This document shows positions 38,560 through 50,772 of a stretch of DNA of 64,000 nt, in pieces. The stretch is from NCBI GenBank assembly GCA_013265495.1, contig MU058844.1:1963520-2027519 (forward strand). The letters run 5' to 3'. Under the pieces are notes generated by a model, which was not told where the DNA came from, made no database searches, and saw only the letters and a list, made by a program, of their open reading frames with translations. Position numbers and translations under genes: made by a program. Each line of letters starts with the position of its first letter. Position 1 is the first letter of the stretch. The DNA comes from Vicugna vicugna. Taxonomy: Eukaryota.

Positions 38560-41324
38560 CTGAAGAGGTAGAGCACTGACTTTTAAGACCCATCCCCTTT
38601 TCTTGACCTCAATAAAACCCAAGTTTAAGCCATTCTTACTCTCTAAATATTTAAATCTTCTTTTATTTTTTCCTATCATTGCTGATAATTCCTTTACTTT
38701 TATACTGACGATGTGGCAAGAATCAGAAGACACACATTTTAGATGCATGTGCTTTGTGACTTCTGGGGTGCAAATTACATGTAAGAGAGCAACCCCAATA
38801 GAGTGTGTGTGTGACCAAATTACACAGGTTTATGCATTCATAGGGAGAGACCAGATATAGAGATTCTAATTAAGAAAATAATATGGTATTGTCTCTAGGC
38901 TCCCAGAAGCACATTCGAAATGTTAAATTTCCTTGGAAGTTCTTCATTTTGACTTTTCATTTGAAATTCCAAATATTTTTTGCAAAAATCAGTTCTGAGT
39001 GATACTGCTAAATGTCTGCCTTCACTTTAATTTTCAGAGTTCAAGATTGTGGATGTGTACTACTGATTTGATTTCCAAATTCTGGTAGTTGTCCCAATAG
39101 AAAAAAAAATGCATTAAAAAATCCAGATCCAAGAGTGCCCATCAGTTCGCTCTGGGAATGCCAACGTTGTCGAGTGATATTACAGTTATGGTCTTAAAAG
39201 TGTTTCAAAAAAAGCTGAATAACATTGCTTAAAAAGCTGGATTTTATGGCTTTGTCTTTGCCAAAGAAATTGTCCAACAGAAAGCACCCTGGTAAGCCTA
39301 ATTATTACTCCACATATGGTACGTGGCATTATAAGCTATTTTGAGGTTTTGGGAAAGGGAGAGATATGAGTGACAGCCACAGCAGGGCGTGCTGAAGAAT
39401 TTTAACTCCAACTCTTAACAGTCCCGTGTTGGCAGAGCATAAAACACAAAATGCTGGTTTAGTAATCATTCTTTCACGTATTGATTTTCAGGGCGAATAT
39501 TTTTTTTTTTAATTTACAAGGTAGAGCAGGGAAGGAAGTGATATTAAAAATGTCAGTATAATACATATATTCAGTAAAGATTGTCCTTCAAAATGTTATG
39601 GCTGTTTATAAGGGCAGCTTTCATTTCTCACTTTAAAATCACAGCAGCTTTTATAGCACTTTATTTAGGGAATGATATAGAATCTGATTTGGAGTGTAAC
39701 TTTAGTTAAACTTTAAAAAACACTTTATAATTTGTATATGTATGTGATTGCACCAAGAAAATAGTTTGGGAAAATGAATTTGGAGAAACATGGAATCCAT
39801 CAGCCAGGAATCAGATTTGCCTCTATGCCTTTACTTGATGATGTTTGAAAGGTTCCTCAGGGGGACAAGAGGACATTTAATGAAGAGGGGTGTTTTACAC
39901 TTAGGATTTCTCCAATGAGAACTATTTTTAAGTAAAATTTGTGGATATCTCAAGATGGTTTAAAATGAAATTCAGACATCCCCTTATGTCCATCTCAGAA
40001 GCATTTTAAAGATCATCCTCATCTGTTTAGTTTAATCACAGAATCTTATGCTCAGCGGTCACTGCACTAGTGGAGAGCACGCCCAGAATGCCCAGGACAG
40101 GTGAGAGGTGCACATATTAAACAATAATTATGCTTACATCCTCTACCAAATCTTTGCAGGATCTCAGAAGCCTTTGTCCAAGTCCAAGGAACTTAGCAGA
40201 CTCCTGGCACCACTTTGTCCTGGTTTTGGATAAAATAAGTAAGAATTTTCTTCTCTAGCAAAACAAAGGGATCTACCTCTCTCGTTTTCCATTCTAAATA
40301 TTAAAAACAGGACACTACTTGAAGTTAAGGATTATCTTACCTACGATAGAGAGACTGGGTGCAAATAATTAATATTCCCAGTAGATCTCTACTCATGATT
40401 AAGGTTAGAAAAAAATCATGACATCAGGATTTGGCGTAGCATTTTGTCCTTTTTTGGCTATTGCAAATACTGTTTTTAAACAAAATCAGATACAGTTTAT
40501 TACTCCCATTTAAAAGATAAGGAAAACCAAATCAAATATTAATCAAGCTTCCAGTTATATTTTTAAGTCAAATGATTTACAAACTTCTCTGGGGCATATA
40601 ACATGATAATGAGATTAAAACGATATTTACCACTTCATTTTTCCCTCTCAGAGTGAGAGTTAATGTTCTTTAAATCTGGCCACTGCTGCTAGTGCTGTTT
40701 TCTCCAAAAGGTGGCACTTGTGTAATCTTTTTCTTTCTCAGGGTGCAGAGAACCAGGGGAGCCAGAGGGACCAGAGTGAGTTTTCAAAATTGTTTTTCTT
40801 CAGCAAATTCCAAGAAGCCACGTCAGAAATCTGCATTTCTGCAACTGCAGCTTCTTTATGCTCTTAAGAACCGTTCAAATACGAATTAGTCTGATTCTGT
40901 GAAAGAAAAACATGCTTCCCGTCTTAGTCTGGTTTAAACTTTGGAAAGTTCTTTATCCCAAGTTTATTTTGTGATGTTCTTCTTCCCTTCTGATCTTTGA
41001 CTAAAGTTCTAATTCTTTTTTTAGATAACCTTGATCCATCTGACGTTGTCGTTCTTAATTAGAATGCATAAGCAACACACGAGGCTGTCTGGACTCTATC
41101 TAAACAAACCTTTCTGACAGCATAAATCCAGAAGGATATATCATTCAGACAGAAGAAATCTTTTGAACTGTAAACAGACAAGAAAGAGTGAGAGGCTTAC
41201 AGGCGAAGGAAAACATGTTGGAGAGATTCTGCTGATGAGACAGGAATTAACAGATGAGACTTAAAAATCAAACTAGCAGGTTCTTCCCAGCAATTTAGGT
41301 CAATTGCTCCCAATTCCTACAGCT

Positions 41325-41560
41325 GAAAAGAATTTTAAATATGATCTGATGGAGTCCAACCACTTCATTTTACAGATGAGGAAACTGAGGCCCAGAATGC
41401 TGAAGAATGTGTTCAGTGGAATGCAACTGAATTCTGTTTCTACTTCTGGTGAAGAAAGCAACAATCTGTTAAAGAGATGTGTTGAGTCACAAGTTATAGA
41501 AAACAAAATCTCTAGTAGTTTTGAAAACTGGAGTCTATTTAACCATGATTCTTTCTTTCT
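41325..41560 (-). mobile_element. MIR SINE
   Basis: Near-consensus core 'cattttacagatgaggaaactgaggcccaga'. Confidence 0.8.
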
Positions 41561-41655
41561 GGCACATATTATTTCAGGCCACTATGCTGTCTTAGAAGCC
41601 GTGTTCTGCTCCAAGCAGGAATATGGTCATTCATTAACCATGTAAGTTATTAGAT

Positions 41656-41862
41656 CTGTGCTGTCCGATTCAGTAGCCACTAGCCACATGTGACTAATCG
41701 AATTTTAAATTAATGATAATTAAATAAAATTTAAAATTTAGTTCCTCAGCTATACTAGTCACATTTCAAGGACTCAACAGCTACATGTGACAAGTGACTA
41801 CTATATTGGGCAGGGCACACACAGAACTGCCATCATTGCTGAAAGTTCACTCGGACAGCATT
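41656..41862. mobile_element. MER3 (hAT-Charlie)
   Basis: 'ctgtgctgtccgattcagtagccactagccacatgtg...tcattgctgaaagttcactcggacagca'. Confidence 0.9.
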
Positions 41863-44800
41863 CTTGTAGACCATCACCTATAGAGCGTATGAGAAGATAC
41901 AACACAAAGCGAGGTTCACAGTGTGATAGGGTAGCCCAGTGTGTAATGACTAAAGGCATTTGTTCTACAGTTTATGTGGGTTTCTGAGCAAATTTACAAC
42001 CAACTATGGGAAATTAGCAGGTTTATGTCTTTTTAGGCCTCTGTTCCTCCCTTTCTCACTGTACTTCTGCCTTTTCTAATATTCTTCACTTCTGAGTGTT
42101 CAGTAACTCTTTGAGAGTAACTTCTTTATTCCATCTCGTGAGCATTATTCGATTACACTGCACAATGTCCACTGAATACCTGCTGTGCAACAAACATTGC
42201 ACTAGGTAACTAAAAAGGAAGAATAAGAAGCTGTGTGATAATGAATCGGCCAGGAGGAAAATATGTTTCCAGGAGCCATTTAGGAAAAGGAATGAACTCT
42301 TCTAACTATTTGAATTAGCAAAAGCAAGTATTATTAGCATAATTATGTAGATTAAGAGATAGAAGCTTATTTTGAGGGCTTTAGTGACTTGCCCAATATA
42401 ATATAGGAGGTATAAAGGTATCCTCAGACTGGAATCTATGTCTGTACATCAAATCCAGCACTTCTTCTAATCTGTTACCAACCCAGAGTAGAGGTTGGTT
42501 TATGCCAAATTCCTAGTTTTTTTTGACATCTGCAAAGTCTCCTTTTTAAGTCCAGTTTTCCAGAATTTCTTTGAATAAAGACAGAATTATAGGTGTGTTT
42601 TCACATGGACTTCTTGGAACCCTCAGCTAAGTGCTTGTAGAAGGTCCTTATGTTAACTGACCTGTGCTTGATGTTCAGTTAACACTAAGAGATCTTAGGA
42701 GTTGACAGAGCTTAAATGTGAATTAAACATATGTTCTTTCTATTAGAAAACAAAGAATAAATATCTTTCTTATTGGTTGGCAGATGAATAAAATTGCACC
42801 ATTTGCAGCAATCAGGACAGCACCCATAGCATATAACTTTTGAGATTTGGCGCTTTCCGTGCCTTTTTGTATAAAAGAGTGATTCATTTAGGCACACCTA
42901 AATCCAGATGTTATCCAAAATCTAGGTCTTACACAGATTTTCTCTTTACAGCAGCCTTTGCTTGGAAATATGACACCACCTCCCCATCGTTGAAGTGGCT
43001 TGGTAACGGGCTTTAATGGCCCTTTACTAACCATCTCTGCACCACATTATTTGGAAGTACTCCACCTACACCACATGCTTCCCAGTATGAAGGTTAACAT
43101 AATAAGACTTTCCCTCACATATTCAAGTTATCAGTCAAATGTTAACTTTTGTATTTTGATGAGGTCTCAGGATACCCGGTGTTACTTGCAATTATTTTAA
43201 TCACAAATTGTATTATAGTGAGATGGCACTACATTTATTTATAAAATTTATAAAATCTAGCTAGAGATTATCCTTATCTTCATTAGTAGAAACTTCCAAT
43301 AATCCTGCCATGATTTCTTACCCTCTTCATCAGATTTAATCTACAAGATTTAGTTGACTGAAACCTTCTCCCAGTTCTTCATAGAGTGCTGCCCTGATTC
43401 CATCATCCTTTTCACTTTGTCCTACTCTCCTACCAAGACAAAGAAAACAAAACAAACCAGCAAAAGTCCTCTTTAGAATGACTTTCCTACTTTTTAGTGG
43501 CTCATACTCTTTTCTTCCCAACTCATCAATTCAAAGAATCCTCCCTTTCTTATCTACAATTCATTTGTTCCTCTCCTTCAAGATTCATCTCTAGTATCTT
43601 AGAATTTAAAGGCTCTCATAACCAACAATACTCTTCATGCACTTTTAATACACTCTTCTTGCATAAAAAGTATATTCATAACATAATAAAAATAAAATTG
43701 TATTGCTGATATTCTATTTTTCTCAGTCAGTTTTCTTTTAAAAGAGTAAGTAAGAAAAATATGGTAGCCAGTAAATTTTTTTTCGTATAGACTGTGTGAC
43801 AGTATCATTCAAAAAATTATTTTCTAGAATGTGTTATCACTAGTGAAAGTAATTTTGGAAAACGCAAACTTTCGGTCAAAGATAAAATTTGTTATTTTCT
43901 TGAGAATTTGTATGACTCTGCTAGAAGACTAGAACTGGATACTTTGCAAAATAAATATGCTCTGATACTAGCTAGAAAAATAAGGAAAAATCCTTGTATT
44001 GTTTAGCTGAAGAGCAAATTTGTATTATTAAAGTGTATTCCAGTTTATATTACATGGCATTAGAAAATGCCACAATATCCTTAAATAATCCGTACCTGGA
44101 GGTTGAGTGCATACTTAAAATGGCATTTGCGCCTGTTTCAGCTGGAATCATGCGTAGCTGGTCTGTGGCTTGGGAATCTCTCCATAAAGTGAAGGAGCAC
44201 AGAGCTGACTTTCTCCTCTTCAAACCTCCAATACACATGCCTCTCTCATAGCCACAACACATTTAAACTAACCAGCTAGGCATTTTTCTTTAAAAAAAGT
44301 ATGTATCTTGATCACATTGAGATATATGGCTCTTAGTATTAAAGGGAAAAAATATGTATACAACAAATTCTAAATCTGAGTTGTTATTTTAAAAATATTC
44401 TAGAAATCAAAATAGCCAGACCACTGCTCTGTAAACTTTGCTTTCAAATTAACTTTCAAGTTAATAATGTGGGCTATACACTTGCTAAATCAGACTTGGC
44501 TGTGGTATCAGCTCAAATCTTGAAGCTTGCTGACTATTTGGGCTCTCATTGTACTAGGAATACTTACAGCACGTGCTGGCTGTGATCTTAGTGCTCTTTC
44601 CCTCATCACTTACCCTTTAATATGGCTGTACTCCTGACAGAGAAAATGTTAGATCCTTAAGTCCATGATCTATTTATTACATATCATTGATAGGAGCAAA
44701 GCTCCACCCAGATCATTGTACTTCTTCCCAAGATATAAATTTAATCAAATTACATTGCAGAAAAAATAATTTGAACAAATTACTCTTGAACAAATAGAAA

Positions 44801-45981
44801 AAAAAAACAAGAAATAGAGAAAAGGAACACATTAATGTAAACAATTTGCTTTTAGTAATTTTGACTACATACCTTTGTACTCAGTTGGTCAGTAATAAAT
44901 TTTTATTGATTTGCCTTGAAAGACCTTTGCTTCTTTCTGATTGTATGTTTGGCAAAATGCAGCTTATAATTACCATCCATTATGTGATAGTAGACTATGC
45001 ACTCAAACAGAAGAACTGTATAAGAATTGATCTTGTTTGAAAGTGACAAGGTAGTGTATACCAGCTTATTATGTGAAAGCAAATCGTTTGCATTATTTTA
45101 AAAAATGTCTTTAACTGGGAAGATGATGGATTTTTGCGTATTTGGGTTAAAGTCTGTTAATCTCAAATGTGATACCAAGAGGTAACAAAATACTTTCCTG
45201 ATATTATTTAAATAGCAAAGATTTTTATGCTGCCCTGTCTCGAATTTAACAGTGTTGAGTCATTATCTTCTAAGGTTCCTTCTCAACAGAACTTGTTGGA
45301 AATTCAAGGGATACTGGAAACTATAATTTTGCTGTAGCTTGAACTTGCCCAGATTAAAGGAGGGACAAAGTTCTGAACAAACTCTCCTCTGGCTAAAGTC
45401 CAGTACTACTCTATGCCAAATACCATGTTTTTGTTGTTGTTGTTGTCTGTAAAATAAGAAAAGGAGTCCTTAATGACTGAAAGTTATTTTCGTTGAAAAG
45501 GATTTTCATTCATCTTTTCATGATTATGACAGATTTCACTTATCTCACATTTTTAGGTATCTTGACCTCTGAGCCTGTTTTTTTTTTTTAATTTTCTTTC
45601 CTTTTTTTTTTAATACTCTAAATTATCCTAGAATGAGCGATGATTGAGGAATTTCTCACCACAGCCATAGATAAATATCAACAAGCAGTGGGTGGATGGA
45701 TAATATGACTGGTAAATTCTTTTATTTACAAACATTGAAAAATAGGAACATTGTCTTTTATCTCTGATTATTTATATTCTCAATCAACATAAAATGAAGT
45801 CATGGAGACATGCCCATCTGTTTATTTTTTAAAATCCATGGTGTCAACAGTTTACAGGTTTCCAGTAAAAACCAGGAATGAAGGCATTCTTGTGGGATGT
45901 AGTCAAGTCAAGGAATTCTGTCCAAATCTTTGAAACAAACAGAATTTTGGGTTTATGTTTCAGAAAAGTTTAGATAAGCTT

Positions 45982-46010
45982 TTTATTTTTATAATTTAGT
46001 CTTTCAACTG

Positions 46011-46048
<38 letters not shown>

Positions 46049-46094
46049 CTTTATTTTTATAATTTAGTCTTTCAACTGATATGTGTGTGTGTGT
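45982..46094. repeat. Tandem duplication of a 32-bp unit plus (TG)n
   Basis: tttatttttataatttagtctttcaactgata occurs at 45982 and 46050, followed by (TG)17 and (TG)6 respectively. Confidence 0.95.
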
Positions 46095-46315
46095 ATAGCT
46101 CTTAAAATTAGAAGCAAAGTACTAAGGAGATTCCATATTGTTTGATAGTTGTGAAAACCTGGTTGACATGAAATGCAGCTCAGAAGCTGAAGATGTTTTT
46201 GGCTACCAGCATGGAAGGAGGGTGTTGAGATGAGGAGGAATCAGCCTTATTTGGGTATCATCCACTGGGACATGGCCAGGAACTTAACACTAGAGAATAG
46301 CAAAGTGTGCTTGGT

Positions 46316-46745
46316 TGTCCTCTGTTTGCTCCCTTAGTCTATGCTCCTTGCTTCTCTACCCTTTCTGGGCCTTAGAAGACAATTTCTGCAGACCACCTCG
46401 CCTGGGCTCCTCTGCTAGCTTCTGCTTAGACTCATCCAGTAGGCCCAGTGGACTGAGATACAAAGGTGAAATAACAAGGAAGTTGTACATTTCTCCCCCT
46501 TCCCTACCTTTATCAGCACCCTATCCCTAGTAATAACTGTATTCCTCTTTCCCACAGGAAACCACTCCTTTGCAATTCCAATTCTCCGTGAACTCTGGTA
46601 GCAACATTTCTTCCTCTTGTCCCTTTGGTCCTAAGGGTGGAAATGACTTTCCACTGTTGCTGTTCTCTGGGTGCCTTCCTTGCTCCTTTTACTGTTCTCA
46701 CACACAGTCAGGACCCCAATCAATAAAAACATCTCCATCCTTTAA
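46316..46745 (+). mobile_element. LTR33-family (ERVL) solo LTR
   Basis: 'tgtcctctgtttgctccc...cttgtccctttggtcctaagggtggaaatgactttccactgttgctg...aataaa'. Confidence 0.75.
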
Positions 46746-46934
46746 AGGCAGGTATGTGCACTCTGTGACAAGGAAGCGTAGGCTTTGGTCATTGTCTCAC
46801 TGGCTATGGAAATAAATGAATTTTTGTCACTCAGCCAAATATTCATTATGGAAATCAAAATAATTCATATTTATTACTGGCTAATTTTTGAAAATACCTA
46901 ACATGGAAAAAAGTAAATAGGAAAGAAAATAGCA

Positions 46935-47140
46935 ATTAACTTTACTGATTGACAGCAGTGTATTAGCTATGCCTCTATGAAGTAGGCACTGTCATTGCCC
47001 ACATTTTAAAATACAGGAACCAAACTACTGAAAGGTGAAATGACTTGCGTAAGGTCATACAGCTGTGGGATGGCAGAGGAAGGATTTGAACTGAGGCACA
47101 CTGGTTCCTAAGCCTACACTCTTAACCACTGAGCACTTCT
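46935..47140 (-). mobile_element. MIR SINE
   Basis: 'aggtgaaatgacttgcgtaaggtcatacagctg...ggatttgaactgaggcac...actcttaaccact'. Confidence 0.8.
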
Positions 47141-47244
47141 ATCTCTTGGAAAGGAAATAGAAAATGAAAGGAACAGCATTTATTAAGTACCTACTGTGTG
47201 CCAGGAAGTGCACTAGGTGCTTTCACATGTGCTGTCTCATTTAT

Positions 47245-47990
47245 TGCCCTTTCTGAAGCACTTGACACTGTCATCTGTTCTCTATTTGGAGAAACACTTT
47301 CCTCTCTCGGTTTCTCTGACATAATACGCTGCACTGGTTTTCATCTCATTTTCCTATGCTTGCTGTTCCTGTCCATTCAATCTTTAAATGTGAGAACATT
47401 TTGAGTTCTCTTCTTGCATCTATTCTTCCTTGTTAAACTCATCTAATTAAGTGGCTTGATATTGCCAGTGATACCCAGATGACTCATATTTTTATTTCTA
47501 ACTTGTCCCCTTTTCTTAATGTCAAACCTGAGTGTTTAACTGCCTCCTGGACATCTCCCTTTGGGTACCTAGTAAGCATCTCAGACTCAACACAACCAAC
47601 TGAGAATGCTTGATTCCTTTCTTCTTCAACCTGCTTCCCTCTCTGCCATCTACATTCCATGAGATAGTGCCATTACCTGTTCCAACTGATCAAGCTAGAG
47701 ACTGAGGAATTATCCTAGAGTGTTCACACTTTCCTTCTCCTGCTATCTGATCATTAGTACATTGTGTCAGCTCCATGTATGGAGGTCCAGGTCCCTCCCT
47801 GCTCACTGCCATCATCTTTTGCCCCAGTCATTGTGATAACTTCCCATCTGATCTTGCTATCTTCAGTCTTGCTGTCTTTCAAGGATGTCTACATATGGCA
47901 GCCAAATAATTATTTTAAACATATCGTACCACTTTACTGCTTAAAATCCTTTATTGGTTTCTAAACAAAATGCAGTCCAACCTCTCCTTT
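47245..47990 (+). mobile_element. L2 fragment
   Basis: 'aactgcctcctggacatctccctttggg...catctcagactcaac...caagctagagactgaggaattatcctaga'. Confidence 0.8.
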
Positions 47991-48209
47991 GCACAGGATA
48001 AACACCTTACCTAAGCTGATTTCTGTTAAATGAAGGAATCCTATAGTAGGAATGTTTGGTCTTCATATAGCTCTTCCAGGTGGCTATTAGTTATGTCCAT
48101 TTTTTATTAATGTACAAATGGATGCAAAGAGAATGACATTATATTCTCCCCTCCCTCAGGAGGTCTTGAAATCAGTTCTTAAGTGGACTTGATTAATGTA
48201 ATAAATAAT

Positions 48210-48470
48210 GAGCAGCCAGTATTTTCTGAATTACTTATAATGTGTTAGGCATAATACTTTGGTGAGTACTATTTATATGCTCTCTTAAGATTTTTTATAA
48301 TAAGACTTTGAAGAAGGTGTTATCATCTGTATTTGATACATGAGAAACAAGGATCAGAGAGTTTAAGCAACTTATTCAATGTCACAGTGCTGCTTAGTGG
48401 GAAAGGGTTGATCTAATGCTGGGTCTGTAGTCCAAAGCCCAAAGCCTTAACCCTGTGACTACTCTACCTC
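48210..48470 (-). mobile_element. MIR SINE
   Basis: 'catgagaaacaaggatcagagagtttaagcaacttattcaatgtcacag...tccaaagcccaaagccttaacc'. Confidence 0.7.
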
Positions 48471-50317
48471 ATTGAAAATACGGCATGTACATTTTATTAT
48501 TCCTACCAATTATATACACACCCACATTTTTTCTTTTTCAAAGAATATAAGCTTCTTTAAACATGCCAAGGTTTAATGTTATAATAAACTCTGTGTTTGT
48601 AGATGGAAGGCAAAGACATCAGTTTTATTCTAAACCTAGTGACTATTCTAGCTCTTCTTGGCTTGTCCCCAAACCAGAGGGCACTTAACTTTAAAATATA
48701 AGGAAGGAGGACATTTAGTATGAATGTTTAAAGGTAGTTTTTTGAAAGAAATAAACTTTTTATTGACACCTGCTTAATTTGGCCTTATTATACATAATTT
48801 CTAATTAGGGAATTTTTAATAAAAAAATACATACCAAAGAAATAGAATCATTTACATATGAGGTTATGATCAATCCTCCTTTTATAAAGAAAAATATTTT
48901 CAAATCAAGTGGTTTTGATTCACACTGTGAGGAAAGAACACAAAAATATTATGATAATACTTAATACAATGATAGACATGGAACGTGATCTTTAAATTCT
49001 ATGAAACTGGACATCAGAGTGATATGCTTACATAGGGATTTCATCTTGTTCATGCTGGGAGAGAAAGAAACACATTGTAATTTCTGTTTTGAAAATGACT
49101 GTAAAATCTTCAGAAATTTAGTTTACTATACAACTTGCTGCTTTGACAACTGTGAGCATATAAATAAATTGTTCCAAGTTAGTCTTTTGAAGAACTATTT
49201 CCTTTTCCTGTCCAAGAAAATCACAAAGGGAATATGTTATCCTGTTTATTCCAAAGAAATTACGAATCAAGCTTTGTTTTCTTTCTTGTCTTATAAAGCA
49301 AATGCCAAAAGAATGCAGTACCACTAAGAAGTCAGGAAATTTGGTCTTAAAAGCAATTCAAATTGATAACTATGTTCAATGTCACTTAGGTTTTTAATCC
49401 CAACTTGCCAAGTTGATCCCTTCCTTTATATTCACTTGGATAACTTTCCATAATAAGTATTTTCATTTCTTTGCTTTTATAAATAAAGATACAGATGCTA
49501 TGGTGAAAATGGGCAAATATGCAGGCAATGACTATAATTTTATGAGAGTAATTTTCTTGTATGACTTATAAAATGGTCCTGATGAAAATTCCGAGAAAGT
49601 GTTTCAAAAATGTCTTGAGTAATAGAAACATCATCGTTTGATAGCTCCTCTGGTGACTATTATGAAAGACACTAGCTATTTCCGTGTGTATAATCTGCTA
49701 AAATTATTATTTTCTCAGTTATTTTCAATCTGGATCATTTTTCCTTTTGTCCTTAACATGGAAGTCATTGATTGTATCTCTGGCCTACTTTTGTGCATGT
49801 CTCAGAGGTTTCTTTAATGAGATACACCATAATCAGTAATGTGGTTATTTGTTTTTGGATAATTTCCCCTCCCTTCCTCTGATAAACTCTAAAATACATT
49901 TGAGAATGTTGAGTAATGGCAGAATTGGATATGGACCAAGTCCAATTAGATGTTTAAAAAGTATAGTGCTCTGCCTATCACATAGGATCGATGTTTCCAG
50001 GGAGTATATGCAGCTAAAAATACTCTCAAAATGAAGTTATCTGCTTTCTGGTCCTGTAATTCCTATTTGAACATTACTTAGTCTTACCAACATGTGTGGG
50101 AGGAATGAGATAGAAGCTACTATTAAGCATTACTTTCATAACTCAAATTCATTTATCAGATGCTCAGTCAGTCATCTGTCAGGACCTGAAGGAAAAAGAG
50201 AAAAGAGAAGAGCCTTAGTATTTTGTTGGCAGTGATGAAAAAGTCAAGTTTAGGAAATGGTGAAGCCAAACACTGAAAAGGCCAAGAGAGTCAAGGCAGA
50301 GCATGAATAGAGTTGAC

Positions 50318-50772
50318 TGAGAAAGACTCTTTTTAATCAAACTTTAATCAGGCTCCTCTAAGCCCTTTTCTTACTAGGACTCATCCTTGGGCTTTGTCCT
50401 CAGGCCTGCATAACCCAGTTTTAGCAAGAATCCTGCTAATCAGTTTAGTGAGAATCCCCAACCCTCAGTATCTGATCAAATCCCTCATTCCCCAACCCAT
50501 CCAGGTGGTAGCTGGCTATCCTGGCCTGCCTTCAGCAAGAATCTTGTTAGGTCAGTTCAGCAAGAATTCTCCCTACCCTTGATGTCTCTTCTTAGAAATT
50601 TCTATCCACCCATCCCCACAACCTGCTTCTTGCCTATAAATTCCCACTGGTCATTGCTGTATTTGGAATTGAGCCCAGTCCTATACTGAGGTCTCTTTTT
50701 CCTCTATTGCAATAGTTCCTGAACAAAATATGTTTTTACCACATTACTATCTGGCTCTGGTTTTCTTTAACA
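50318..50772 (+). mobile_element. MER31-like ERV1 solo LTR
   Basis: 'tgagaaagactct...caggctcctct...cagttttagcaagaatcctgctaa...ctataaattcccact...ttttctttaaca', with internal repeats of 'agcaagaatc'. Confidence 0.88.

Noticed and set aside
40742..40775. Collagen Gly-X-Y exon (EPGEPEGP-like reading)
   Set aside because: 34 nt is not a multiple of 9, the glycine periodicity is broken, and there are no neighbouring collagen-like exons.
50410..50570. Repeated 'agcaagaatc' units as a CRISPR-like or novel array
   Set aside because: They are the internal repeats of the MER31-like LTR. Spacing is irregular, the context is mammalian and there are no cas genes.
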